Part shown: positions 37,930 to 50,200 of the stretch, piece after piece
How the letters are laid out: every line of letters starts with the position of its first letter
Position numbering within the stretch: position 1 is the stretch's first letter
DNA from: Eledone cirrhosa
Lineage: Eukaryota
Assembly: GCA_964016885.1 (NCBI GenBank)
Contig: OZ024740.1
Coordinates: 5,890,001 to 5,954,000 of the forward strand
Length of the DNA stretch: 64,000 nt
Reading direction: 5' to 3'
The notes under the pieces: generated by a model
The model's database searches: none
What the model saw: the letters and a program-made list of their open reading frames with translations, nothing else
What the model was told of the DNA's origin: nothing
Made by a program: the position numbers and the translations under genes

Positions 37930-38153
37930 CATCATCATCATCATCATCATCAGGTTTAGCGTCCGTGTTCCACGCTTGCATGGGTTTGGACGGGGGTTTT
38001 CCCACTTGAGGCAAGAGTGGTTGTCTTGCTCGCATAGGACTGTCTGGCGGGTTTTCTACAGTTGGATGCCCTTCCTAACACCAACCACATTTACAGTGTG
38101 GGGCTGGGAGGTTTTTACCGTGTTGCCTACACGGCCACATTACAGCGTGGACT
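37928..38153 (-). mobile_element. Unamplified copy of the retroposon tail that seeded the 49-bp satellite
   Basis: Plus strand: (atc)n-gtttagcgtcc...ttctacagttggatgcccttcctaacaccaaccacatttacagtgtggggctgggaggtttttaccgtgttgcctacacggccacattacagcgtgg. Colinear with 14623-14830. Confidence 0.8.
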
Positions 38154-38300
38154 GTATATATGTATGTATATATATATATATGTATGTATATATATGTCAG
38201 GTCACCAGTTGGTGCTACTGGTAACATGTATCCCAGTACATGCATACATACATGCATACAAACATGCATACATACATAATACATACATATATATAAACAT

Positions 38301-39580
38301 ACCAGAGGTAGCAAGGCCTGTGATGTCTTGGGAGCCAGAGGTAGCAAGGCTTGTGATGTCTTGGGAGCCAGAGGTAGCAAGGCCTGTGACGTCTTGGGAG
38401 CCAGAGGTAGCAAGGCCTGTGATGTCTTGGGAGCCAGAGGTAGCAAAGCTTGTGATGTCTTGGGAGCCAGAGGTAGCAAAGCTTGTGATGTCTTGGGAGC
38501 CAGAGGTAGCAAGGCTTGTGATGTCTTGGGAGCCAGAGGTAGCAAAGCTTGTGATGTCTTGGGAGGCAGAGGTAGCAAAGCTTGTGATGTCTTCGGAGCC
38601 AGATGTAGCAAGGCCTGTGATGTCTTGGGAGCCAGAGGTAGCAAGGCTTGTGATGTCTTGGGAGCCAGAGGTAGCAAGGCCTGTGATGTCTTGGGAGCCA
38701 GAGGTAGCAAGGCCTGTGATGTCTTGGGAGCCAGAGGTAGCAAGGCCTGTGATGTCTTGGGAGCCAGAGGTAGCAAAGCTTGTGATGTCTTCGGAGCCAG
38801 AGGTAGCAAGGCCTGTGACATCATGGAGCCAGAGGTAGCAAGGCCTGTGACATCATGGAGCCAGAGGTAGCAAGGCCTGTGACGTCTTGGGAGCCAGAGG
38901 TAGCAAGGCCTGTGATGTCTTGGGAGCCAGAGGTAGCAAGGCCTGTGACATCATGGAGCCAGAGGTAGCAAGGCTTGTGATGTCTTGGGAGCCAGAGGTA
39001 GCAAGGCTTGTGATGTCTTGGGAGCCAGAGGTAGCAAAGCTTGTGATGTCTTCGGAGCCAGAGGTAGCAAGGCTTGTGATGTCATGGAGCCAGAGGTAGC
39101 AAAGCTTGTGATGTCTTGGGAGCCAGAGGTAGCAAAGCTTGTGATGTCTTCGAAGCCAGAGGTAGCAAGGCTTGTGATGTCTTGGGAGCCAGAGGTAGCA
39201 AGGCTTGTGATGTCTTCGGAGCCAGAGGTAGCAAAGCTTGTGATGTCTTGGGAGCCAGAGGTAGCAAGGCCTGTGACGTCATGGAGCCAGAGGTAGCAAA
39301 GCTTGTGATGTCTTGGGAGCCAGAGGTAGCAAGGCTTGTGATGTCTTGGGAGCCAGAGGTAGCAAGGCTTGTGATGTCTTGGGAGCCAGAGGTAGCAAGG
39401 CCTGTGACGTCATGGAGCGAGAGGTAGCAAAGCTTGTGATGTCTTCGGAGCCAGAGGTAGCAAGGCTTGTGATGTCTTGGGAGCCAGAGGTAGCAAGGCT
39501 TGTGATGTCTTCGGAGCCAGAGGTAGCAAGGCTTGTGATGTCTTGGGAGCCAGAGGTAGCAAGGCCTGTGATGTCATGGG
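38301..39580. repeat. 33-bp minisatellite, ~39 units, with occasional 32-bp variants
   Basis: gagccagaggtagcaa(g/a)gc(c/t)tgtgatgtcttgg; variant ...gacatcatgg is 1 bp shorter. Confidence 0.95.
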
Positions 39581-40254
39581 AGGCAGGAAGCAGCTGCAAC
39601 ATCATAAGACTTCTGGCCTCTTGGTCAGCGATCATTGGGGAAAGAGGTTGTGGTTTACTTTGTTCCATGCATAGGTGACATATGGGGATATTTTCTGATA
39701 ATGTAGAGTTGGTATGGTAAAGACCTCAGAAATACTGCAATATGGAGAAAATAATTAAGATATCCTGCAGAGTAGCTCAACTGTTTTCTTTCCTTGTACA
39801 CCATCTACGACTTTACAGAGTGTACTAGGTGTATTTTCTTGTTAACTCTGACACAGTGAAAGAAAGTAGTACCTCTATCAACTGCCATTCACCTCCACCT
39901 CTCTCTGTCACCTTCCCTCCCCCTCCCTCTATACCCCCTCTCCATCTATCTCCCCCCCTCCCCCTATCTCTATCTCCCTCCCTCTCCCTCCCACCATCTC
40001 TCTCCAACCCCTCCATCCCCCCTCACTCTACACCCTCTATTACCCTCTATCACCCTCCCACAATCCCCCCCTACCAAAGTCACTGCCACTTCTCTGTAAA
40101 CCATACATCTCCCCATTTCCTTCTACTGTTGTTGTTGTTTTATCCTTTTGCCCAGTTTATTGTATTTGATGTTCATCCTTAACTACAAAATATTACAACA
40201 AACATGAAACAACAAGTTTCTGATGACAGAGCAATAAGCTGCTTATAATCTCTG

Positions 40255-41292
40255 CTGGTTGGTTGGATGGTTGAATGGTAGGATGGTAGGATGGTAGGAT
40301 GGTTGCATGGTGAATGGTTGGATGGTTGGATGGTATTGTGATTGGATGGTTGGATGGTAGGATGTTAGGATGGTTGGATGGTAGGATAGTTGGATGGTAG
40401 AATGGTAGGATGGTTGTTTGGTAGGATGTTAGGATGGTTGGATGGTAGGATGGTTGGATGGTAGGATGGTAGGATGGTTGTTTGGTAGGATGTTAGGATG
40501 GTTGGATGGTAGGATGGTTGGATGGTAGAATGGTTAATTGGTAGGATAGTTGATTGGTTGGATGGAAGGATGGTAGGATGGTTGGATGGTAGGATGGTTG
40601 GATGGTTGGAGGGTGGGATGGTTGGATGGTAGGATAGTAGGATGGTAGGATGGTAGGATGGCTGGATGGTACGATGGTTGGATGGTTGGATGGTTGGATG
40701 GTAGGCTGGTAGGATGGTTAGATGGTAGGATGGATGTTTGGTAAGATGGTAGGATGGTTGTTTGGTAAGATGTTAGGATGGTTGGATGGTTGGATGGTTG
40801 GATGGTTGGATGGTTGGGTGGTTGGATGGAAGGATGGTAAGATGGTTAGATGTTAGGTTGGATGGATAGTTGGATGGTTAGATGGTAGGATGGTACGATG
40901 GTAGGATGGTTGGATGGTAGGATGGTAGGATGGTACGATGGGATGGTTGGATTGTTGGATGGTATGATGGTTGTTTGCTATGATGGTAGGATGGTTTGAT
41001 GGTAGGAAGGTTGGATGGTTAGATCGTTGATTGGTTGGATGATTGGATGGTAGGATGGTTGGAATGGTTGGTTGGATGGATGGTTGATTGGTTCTATGGT
41101 TAGATGGTTAGACGGTTAGTTGGTTGGCTGGTTGGATGGTTAGATGGTTGGTTGAATAGTTGGTTGGTTGGTTGGTTGGATGGTTGGTTGGATGGTTAAA
41201 TGGTTGCTTGGATGGTTACATGGTTGGTTAGATGGTTGGTTGGTTGGTTGGTAGATGGCTGGTTGGATGGCTGGTTGGATGGTTAGTTGGAT
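40255..41292. repeat. GG-rich tetranucleotide mosaic (GGAT/GGTT/GGTA)
   Basis: ggatggtaggatggttggat..., directly abutting the 28-bp satellite. Confidence 0.92.
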
Positions 41293-44200
41293 GTTAAGAT
41301 AGTATATAGTGTAGAGTCACATTGAGATAGTACATACTGTAGAGTCATGTTGAGATAGTATATAGTGTAGTGTCATTTTGAGATAGTATATAGTGTAGTG
41401 TTGTGTTAAGATAGTATATTGTGTAGTGTCACACTGAGATATTATATAGTGTAGTGTCATGTTGAGATAGTATATAGTGTAGCGTCATGTTGAGATAGTA
41501 TATAGTGTAGTGTCATGTTGAGATAGTATATAGTGTAGTGTCATGTTGAGATAGTATGTAGTGTAGTGTTGTGTTAAGATAGTATATAGTGTAGTGTCAT
41601 GTTGAGATAGTATATAGTGTAGTGTCATGTTGAGATAGTATAAACTGTAGTGTCACGTTGAGATAGTATATAGTGTAGTGTCATGTTGAGATAGTATATA
41701 GTGTAGTGTCATGTTGAGATTGTATATAGTGTAGTGTCTTGTTGAGATAGTATATAGTGTAGTGTCGTGTTGAGATAGTATATAGTGTAGTGTCTTGTTG
41801 AGATAGTATATAGTGTAGTGTCGTGTTGAGATAGTATATAGTGTAGTGTCGTGTTGAGATAGTATATACTGTAGTGTCATGTCGAGATAGTATATAGTGT
41901 AGTGTCGTGTTGAGATAGTATATAGTGTAGTGTCGTGTTGAGATAGTATATAGTGTAGTGTCGTGTTGAGATAGTATATAGTGTAGTGTCATGTTGAGAT
42001 AGTATATACTGTAGTGTCACGTTGAGATACTATATAGTGTAGTGTCATGTTGAGATAGTATATACTGTAGTGTCACGTTGAGATTGTATATAGTGTAGTG
42101 TCATGTTGAGATAGTATATACTGTAGTGTCATGTTGAGATAGTATATAATGTAGTGTTACACTGAGATAGTATATAGTGTAGTGTCACGTTGAGATAGTA
42201 TATACTTTAGTGTCATGTTGAGATAGTATATAGTGTAGTGTCATATTGAGATAGTATATACTGTAGTGTCATGTTGAGATAGTATATAGTGTAGTTTCGT
42301 GTTGAGATAGTATATAGTGTAGTGTCATGTTGAGATAGTATATAGTGTAGTGTCATGTTGAGATAGTATATAGTGTAGTGTCTTGTTGTGATAGTATATA
42401 CTGTAGTGTCATGTTGAGATAGTATATAGTGTAGTGTCGTGTTGAGATAGTATATAGTGTAGTGTCATGTTGAGATAGTATATAGTGTAGTGTCGTGTTG
42501 AGATAGTATATAGTGTAGTGTCGTGTTGAGATAGTATATACTGTAGTGTAATGTTGAGATAGTATATAGTGTAATGTCATGTTGAGATAGTATATAGTGT
42601 AGTGTCATGTTGAGATAGTATATAGTGTAGTGTCATGTTGAGATAGTATATAGTGTAGTGTCGTGTTGAGATAGTATATAGTGTAGTGTCATGTTGAGAT
42701 AGTATATAGTGTAGTGTCATGTTGAGATAGTATATAGTGTAGTGTCATGTTGAGGTAGTATATAGTGTAGTGTCATGTTGAGATAGTATATAGTGTGGTG
42801 TCGTGTTGAGATAGTATATAGTGTAGTGTCATGTTGAGATAGTATATAGTGTAGTGTCATGTTGAGATAGTATATAGTGTAGTGTCGTGTTGAGATAGTA
42901 TATAGTGTAGTGTCATGTTGAGATAGTATATAGTGTAGTGTCATGTTGAGATAGTATATAGTGTAGTGTCATGTTGAGATAGTATATAGTGTAGTGTCAC
43001 ACTGAGATAGTATATAGTGTAGTGTCATTTTGAAATAGTATATAGTGTAGTGTCATGTTGAGATAGTATATAGTGTAGTTTCGTGTTGAGATAGTATATA
43101 GTGTAGTGTCTTGTTGAGATAGTATATACTGTAGTGTCATGTTGAGATAGTATATAGTGTAGTGTCGTGTTGAGATAGTATATAGTGTAGTGTCATGTTG
43201 AGATAGTATATAGTGTAGTGTCGTGTTGAGATAGTATATAGTGTAGTGTCATGTTGAGATAGTATATAGTGTAGTGTCATGTTGAGATAGTATATAGTGT
43301 AGTGTCATTTTGAGATAGTATATAGTGTAATGTCATGTTGAGATAGTATATAGTGTAGTGTCATGTTGAGATAGTATATACTGTAGTGTCATGTTGAGAT
43401 AGTATATAGTGTAGTGTTACACTGAGATAGTATATAGTGTAGTGTCATGTTGAGATAGTATATACTTTAGTGTCATGTTGAGATAGTATATAGTGTAGTG
43501 TCATGTTGAGATATTATATGGTGTAGTGTTGTGTTAAGATAGTATATACTGTAGTGTTATGTTGAGATAGTATATAGTGTAGTGTCATGTTGAGATAGTA
43601 TATAGTGTAGTGCCATGTTGAGATAGTATATAGTGTAGTGTTACACTGAGATAGTATATAGTGTAGTGTCATGTTGAGATAGTATATAGTGTAGTGTCAT
43701 GTTGAGATAGTATATAGTGTAGTGTCATGTTGAGATAGTATATAGTGTAGTGTCATTTTGAGATAGTATATAGTGTAATGTGATGTTGAGATAGTATATA
43801 GTGTAGTGTCATGTTGAGATAGTATATACTGTAGTGTGATGTTGAGATAGTATATAGTGTAGTGTTACACTGAGATAGTATATAGTGTAGTGTCATGTTG
43901 AGATAGTATATACTTTAGTGTCATGTTGAGATAGTATATAGTGTAGTTTCGTGTTGAGATAGTATATAGTGTAGTGTCATGTTGAGATAGTATATAGTGT
44001 AGTGTCATGTTGAGATAGTATATAGTGTAGTGTCTTGTTGAGATAGTATATACTGTAGTGTCATGTTGAGATAGTATATAGTGTAGTGTCGTGTTGAGAT
44101 AGTATATAGTGTAGTGTCATGTTGAGATAGTATATAGTGTAGTGTCGTGTTGAGATAGTATATAGTGTAGTGTCATGTTGAGATAGTATATAGTGTAATG

Positions 44201-47200
44201 TCATGTTGAGATAGTATATAGTGTAGTGTCATTTTGAGATAGTATATAGTGTAATGTCATGTTGAGATAGTATATAGTGTAGTGTCATGTTGAGATAGTA
44301 TATACTGTAGTGTCATGTTGAGATAGTATATAGTGTAGTGTTACACTGAGATAGTATATAGTGTAATGTCATGTTGAGATAGTATATAGTGTAGTGTCAT
44401 GTTGAGATAGTATATACTGTAGTGTCATGTTGAGATAGTATATAGTGTAGTGTTACACTGAGATAGTATATAGTGTAGTGTCATGTTGAGATAGTATATA
44501 GTGTAGTGTCATGTTGAGATAGTATATAGTGTAGTGTCATGTTGAGATATTATATGGTGTAGTGTTGTGTTAAGATAGTATATACTGTAGGGTTATGTTG
44601 AGATAGTATATAGTGTAGTGTTGTGTTAAGATAGTATATTGTGTAGTGTCACACTGAGATAGTATATAGTGTAGTGTCATGTTGAGATAGTATATAATGT
44701 AGTGTCTTGTTGAGATAGTATATAGGGTAGTGTCATGTTGAGATAGTATATGGTGTAGTGTCATGTTGAGATAGTATATAGTGTAGTGTCACACAGAGAT
44801 ATTATATACTGTAGTGTCATGTTGAGATAGTATATACTTTAGTGTCATGTTGAGATAGTATATAGTGTAGTGTCATGTTGAGATAGTATATACTGTAGTG
44901 TCATGTTGAGATAGTATATAGTGTAGTGTCACACTGAGATAGTATATAGTGTAGTGTCATGTTGAGATAGTATATACTTTAGTGTCATGTTGAGATAGTA
45001 TATAGTGTAGTGTCATGTTGAGATAGTATATACTGTAGTGTCATGTTGAGATAGTATATAGTGTAGTTTCGTGTTGAGATAGTATATAGTGTAGTGTCAC
45101 ACGGAGATATTATATACTGTAGTGTCATGTTGAGATAGTATATAGTGTAGTGTCACACTGAGATAGTATATAGTGTAGTGTCATGTTGAGATAGTATATA
45201 CTTTAGTGTCATGTTGAGATAGTATATAGTGTAGTGTCATGTTGAGATAGTATATACTGTAGTGTCATGTTGAGATAGTATATAGTGTAGTTTCGTGTTG
45301 AGATAGTATATAGTGTAGTGTCATGTTGAGATAGTATATAGTGTAGTGTCATGTTGAGATAGTATATAGTGTAGTGTCTTGTTGAGATAGTATATACTGT
45401 AGTGTCATGTTGAGATAGTATATAGTGTAGTGTCGTGTTGAGATAGTATATAGTGTAGTGTCATGTTGAGATAGTATATAGTGTAGTGTCGTGTTGAGAT
45501 AGTATATAGTGTAGTGTCATGTTGAGATAGTATATAGTGTAGTGTCATGTTGAGATAGTATATAGTGTAGTGTCATTTTGAGATAGTATATAGTGTAGTG
45601 TTACACTGAGATAGTATATAGTGTAGTGTCATGTTGAGATAGTATATACTTTAGTGTCATGTTGAGATAGTATATAGTGTAGTGTCATGTTGAGATATTA
45701 TATGGTGTAGTGTTGTGTTAAGATAGTATATACTGTAGTGTTATGTTGAGATAGTATATAGTGTAGTGTTGTGTTAAGATAGTATATTGTGTAGTGTCAC
45801 ACTGAGATAGTATATAGTGTAGTGTCATGTTGAGATAGCATATAATGTAGTGTCTTGTTGAGATAGTATATAGTGTAGTGTCATGTTGAGATAGTATATA
45901 ATGTAGTGTCATGTTGAGATAGTATATAATGTAGTGTCATGTTGAGATAGTATATAGTGTAGTGTCATGTTGAGATTGTATATAGTGTTGTGTCATGTTG
46001 AGATAGTATATGGTGTAGTGTCATGTTGAGATAGTATATGGTGTAGTGTCATGTTGAGATAGTATTTTGTGTAGTGTCATATTGAAATAGTATATAATGT
46101 AGAGTCATGTTGAAATAGTATATACTGTAGTGTCATGTTGAGATAGTATATAGTGTAGTGTCGTGTTGAGATAGTATATGGTGTAGTGTCATGTTGAGAT
46201 AGTATTTTGTGTAGTGTCATTTTGAAATAGTATATAATGTAGAGTCATGTTGAAATAGTATATACTGTAGTGTCATGTTGAGATAGTATATAGTGTAGTG
46301 TCGTGTTGAGATAGTATATAGTGTAGTGTTACACTGAGATAGTATATAGTGTAGTGTCACGTTGAGATAGTATATACTTTAGTGTCATGTTGAGATAGTA
46401 TATAGTGTAGTGTCATATTGAGATAGTATATACTGTAGTGTCATGTTGAGATAGTATATAGTGTAGTTTCGTGTTGAGATAGTATATAGTGTAGTGTCAT
46501 GTTGAGATAGTATATAGTGTAGTGTCATGTTGAGATAGTATATAGTGTAGTGTCTTGTTGTGATAGTATATACTGTAGTGTCATGTTGAGATAGTATATA
46601 GTGTAGTGTCGTGTTGAGATAGTATATAGTGTAGTGTCATGTTGAGATAGTATATAGTGTAGTGTCGTGTTGAGATAGTATATAGTGTAGTGTCGTGTTG
46701 AGATAGTATATACTGTAGTGTAATGTTGAGATAGTATATAGTGTAATGTCATGTTGAGATAGTATATAGTGTAGTGTCATGTTGAGATAGTATATAGTGT
46801 AGTGTCATGTTGAGATAGTATATAGTGTAGTGTCGTGTTGAGATAGTATATAGTGTAGTGTCATGTTGAGATAGTATATAGTGTAGTGTCATGTTGAGAT
46901 AGTATATAGTGTAGTGTCATGTTGAGGTAGTATATAGTGTAGTGTCATGTTGAGATAGTATATAGTGTGGTGTCGTGTTGAGATAGTATATAGTGTAGTG
47001 TCATGTTGAGATAGTATATAGTGTAGTGTCATGTTGAGATAGTATATAGTGTAGTGTCGTGTTGAGATAGTATATAGTGTAGTGTCATGTTGAGATAGTA
47101 TATAGTGTAGTGTCATGTTGAGATAGTATATAGTGTAGTGTCATGTTGAGATAGTATATAGTGTAGTGTCACACTGAGATAGTATATAGTGTAGTGTCAT

Positions 47201-50200
47201 TTTGAAATAGTATATAGTGTAGTGTCATGTTGAGATAGTATATAGTGTAGTTTCGTGTTGAGATAGTATATAGTGTAGTGTCTTGTTGAGATAGTATATA
47301 CTGTAGTGTCATGTTGAGATAGTATATAGTGTAGTGTCGTGTTGAGATAGTATATAGTGTAGTGTCATGTTGAGATAGTATATAGTGTAGTGTCGTGTTG
47401 AGATAGTATATAGTGTAGTGTCATGTTGAGATAGTATATAGTGTAGTGTCATGTTGAGATAGTATATAGTGTAGTGTCATTTTGAGATAGTATATAGTGT
47501 AATGTCATGTTGAGATAGTATATAGTGTAGTGTCATGTTGAGATAGTATATACTGTAGTGTCATGTTGAGATAGTATATAGTGTAGTGTTACACTGAGAT
47601 AGTATATAGTGTAGTGTCATGTTGAGATAGTATATACTTTAGTGTCATGTTGAGATAGTATATAGTGTAGTGTCATGTTGAGATATTATATGGTGTAGTG
47701 TTGTGTTAAGATAGTATATACTGTAGTGTTATGTTGAGATAGTATATAGTGTAGTGTCATGTTGAGATAGTATATAGTGTAGTGCCATGTTGAGATAGTA
47801 TATAGTGTAGTGTTACACTGAGATAGTATATAGTGTAGTGTCATGTTGAGATAGTATATAGTGTAGTGTCATGTTGAGATAGTATATAGTGTAGTGTCAT
47901 GTTGAGATAGTATATAGTGTAGTGTCATGTTGAGATAGTATATAGTGTAGTGTCATTTTGAGATAGTATATAGTGTAATGTGATGTTGAGATAGTATATA
48001 GTGTAGTGTCATGTTGAGATAGTATATACTGTAGTGTGATGTTGAGATAGTATATAGTGTAGTGTTACACTGAGATAGTATATAGTGTAGTGTCATGTTG
48101 AGATAGTATATACTTTAGTGTCATGTTGAGATAGTATATAGTGTAGTTTCGTGTTGAGATAGTATATAGTGTAGTGTCATGTTGAGATAGTATATAGTGT
48201 AGTGTCATGTTGAGATAGTATATAGTGTAGTGTCTTGTTGAGATAGTATATACTGTAGTGTCATGTTGAGATAGTATATAGTGTAGTGTCGTGTTGAGAT
48301 AGTATATAGTGTAGTGTCATGTTGAGATAGTATATAGTGTAGTGTCGTGTTGAGATAGTATATAGTGTAGTGTCATGTTGAGATAGTATATAGTGTAATG
48401 TCATGTTGAGATAGTATATAGTGTAGTGTCATTTTGAGATAGTATATAGTGTAATGTCATGTTGAGATAGTATATAGTGTAGTGTCATGTTGAGATAGTA
48501 TATACTGTAGTGTCATGTTGAGATAGTATATAGTGTAGTGTTACACTGAGATAGTATATAGTGTAATGTCATGTTGAGATAGTATATAGTGTAGTGTCAT
48601 GTTGAGATAGTATATACTGTAGTGTCATGTTGAGATAGTATATAGTGTAGTGTTACACTGAGATAGTATATAGTGTAGTGTCATGTTGAGATAGTATATA
48701 GTGTAGTGTCATGTTGAGATAGTATATAGTGTAGTGTCATGTTGAGATATTATATGGTGTAGTGTTGTGTTAAGATAGTATATACTGTAGGGTTATGTTG
48801 AGATAGTATATAGTGTAGTGTTGTGTTAAGATAGTATATTGTGTAGTGTCACACTGAGATAGTATATAGTGTAGTGTCATGTTGAGATAGTATATAATGT
48901 AGTGTCTTGTTGAGATAGTATATAGGGTAGTGTCATGTTGAGATAGTATATGGTGTAGTGTCATGTTGAGATAGTATATAGTGTAGTGTCACACAGAGAT
49001 ATTATATACTGTAGTGTCATGTTGAGATAGTATATACTTTAGTGTCATGTTGAGATAGTATATAGTGTAGTGTCATGTTGAGATAGTATATACTGTAGTG
49101 TCATGTTGAGATAGTATATAGTGTAGTGTCACACTGAGATAGTATATAGTGTAGTGTCATGTTGAGATAGTATATACTTTAGTGTCATGTTGAGATAGTA
49201 TATAGTGTAGTGTCATGTTGAGATAGTATATACTGTAGTGTCATGTTGAGATAGTATATAGTGTAGTTTCGTGTTGAGATAGTATATAGTGTAGTGTCAC
49301 ACGGAGATATTATATACTGTAGTGTCATGTTGAGATAGTATATAGTGTAGTGTCACACTGAGATAGTATATAGTGTAGTGTCATGTTGAGATAGTATATA
49401 CTTTAGTGTCATGTTGAGATAGTATATAGTGTAGTGTCATGTTGAGATAGTATATACTGTAGTGTCATGTTGAGATAGTATATAGTGTAGTTTCGTGTTG
49501 AGATAGTATATAGTGTAGTGTCATGTTGAGATAGTATATAGTGTAGTGTCATGTTGAGATAGTATATAGTGTAGTGTCTTGTTGAGATAGTATATACTGT
49601 AGTGTCATGTTGAGATAGTATATAGTGTAGTGTCGTGTTGAGATAGTATATAGTGTAGTGTCATGTTGAGATAGTATATAGTGTAGTGTCGTGTTGAGAT
49701 AGTATATAGTGTAGTGTCATGTTGAGATAGTATATAGTGTAGTGTCATGTTGAGATAGTATATAGTGTAGTGTCATTTTGAGATAGTATATAGTGTAGTG
49801 TTACACTGAGATAGTATATAGTGTAGTGTCATGTTGAGATAGTATATACTTTAGTGTCATGTTGAGATAGTATATAGTGTAGTGTCATGTTGAGATATTA
49901 TATGGTGTAGTGTTGTGTTAAGATAGTATATACTGTAGTGTTATGTTGAGATAGTATATAGTGTAGTGTTGTGTTAAGATAGTATATTGTGTAGTGTCAC
50001 ACTGAGATAGTATATAGTGTAGTGTCATGTTGAGATAGCATATAATGTAGTGTCTTGTTGAGATAGTATATAGTGTAGTGTCATGTTGAGATAGTATATA
50101 ATGTAGTGTCATGTTGAGATAGTATATAATGTAGTGTCATGTTGAGATAGTATATAGTGTAGTGTCATGTTGAGATTGTATATAGTGTTGTGTCATGTTG

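Noticed and set aside
38062-39678. EPEVARPVMSW / TSQALLPLAPK / DITSLATSGSQ repeat protein
   Set aside because: The 33-bp unit is stop-free in several frames, and recurrent 32-bp units break any single frame. A minus-strand acceptor-like site near 39736 leads to stops in all frames before the repeat.
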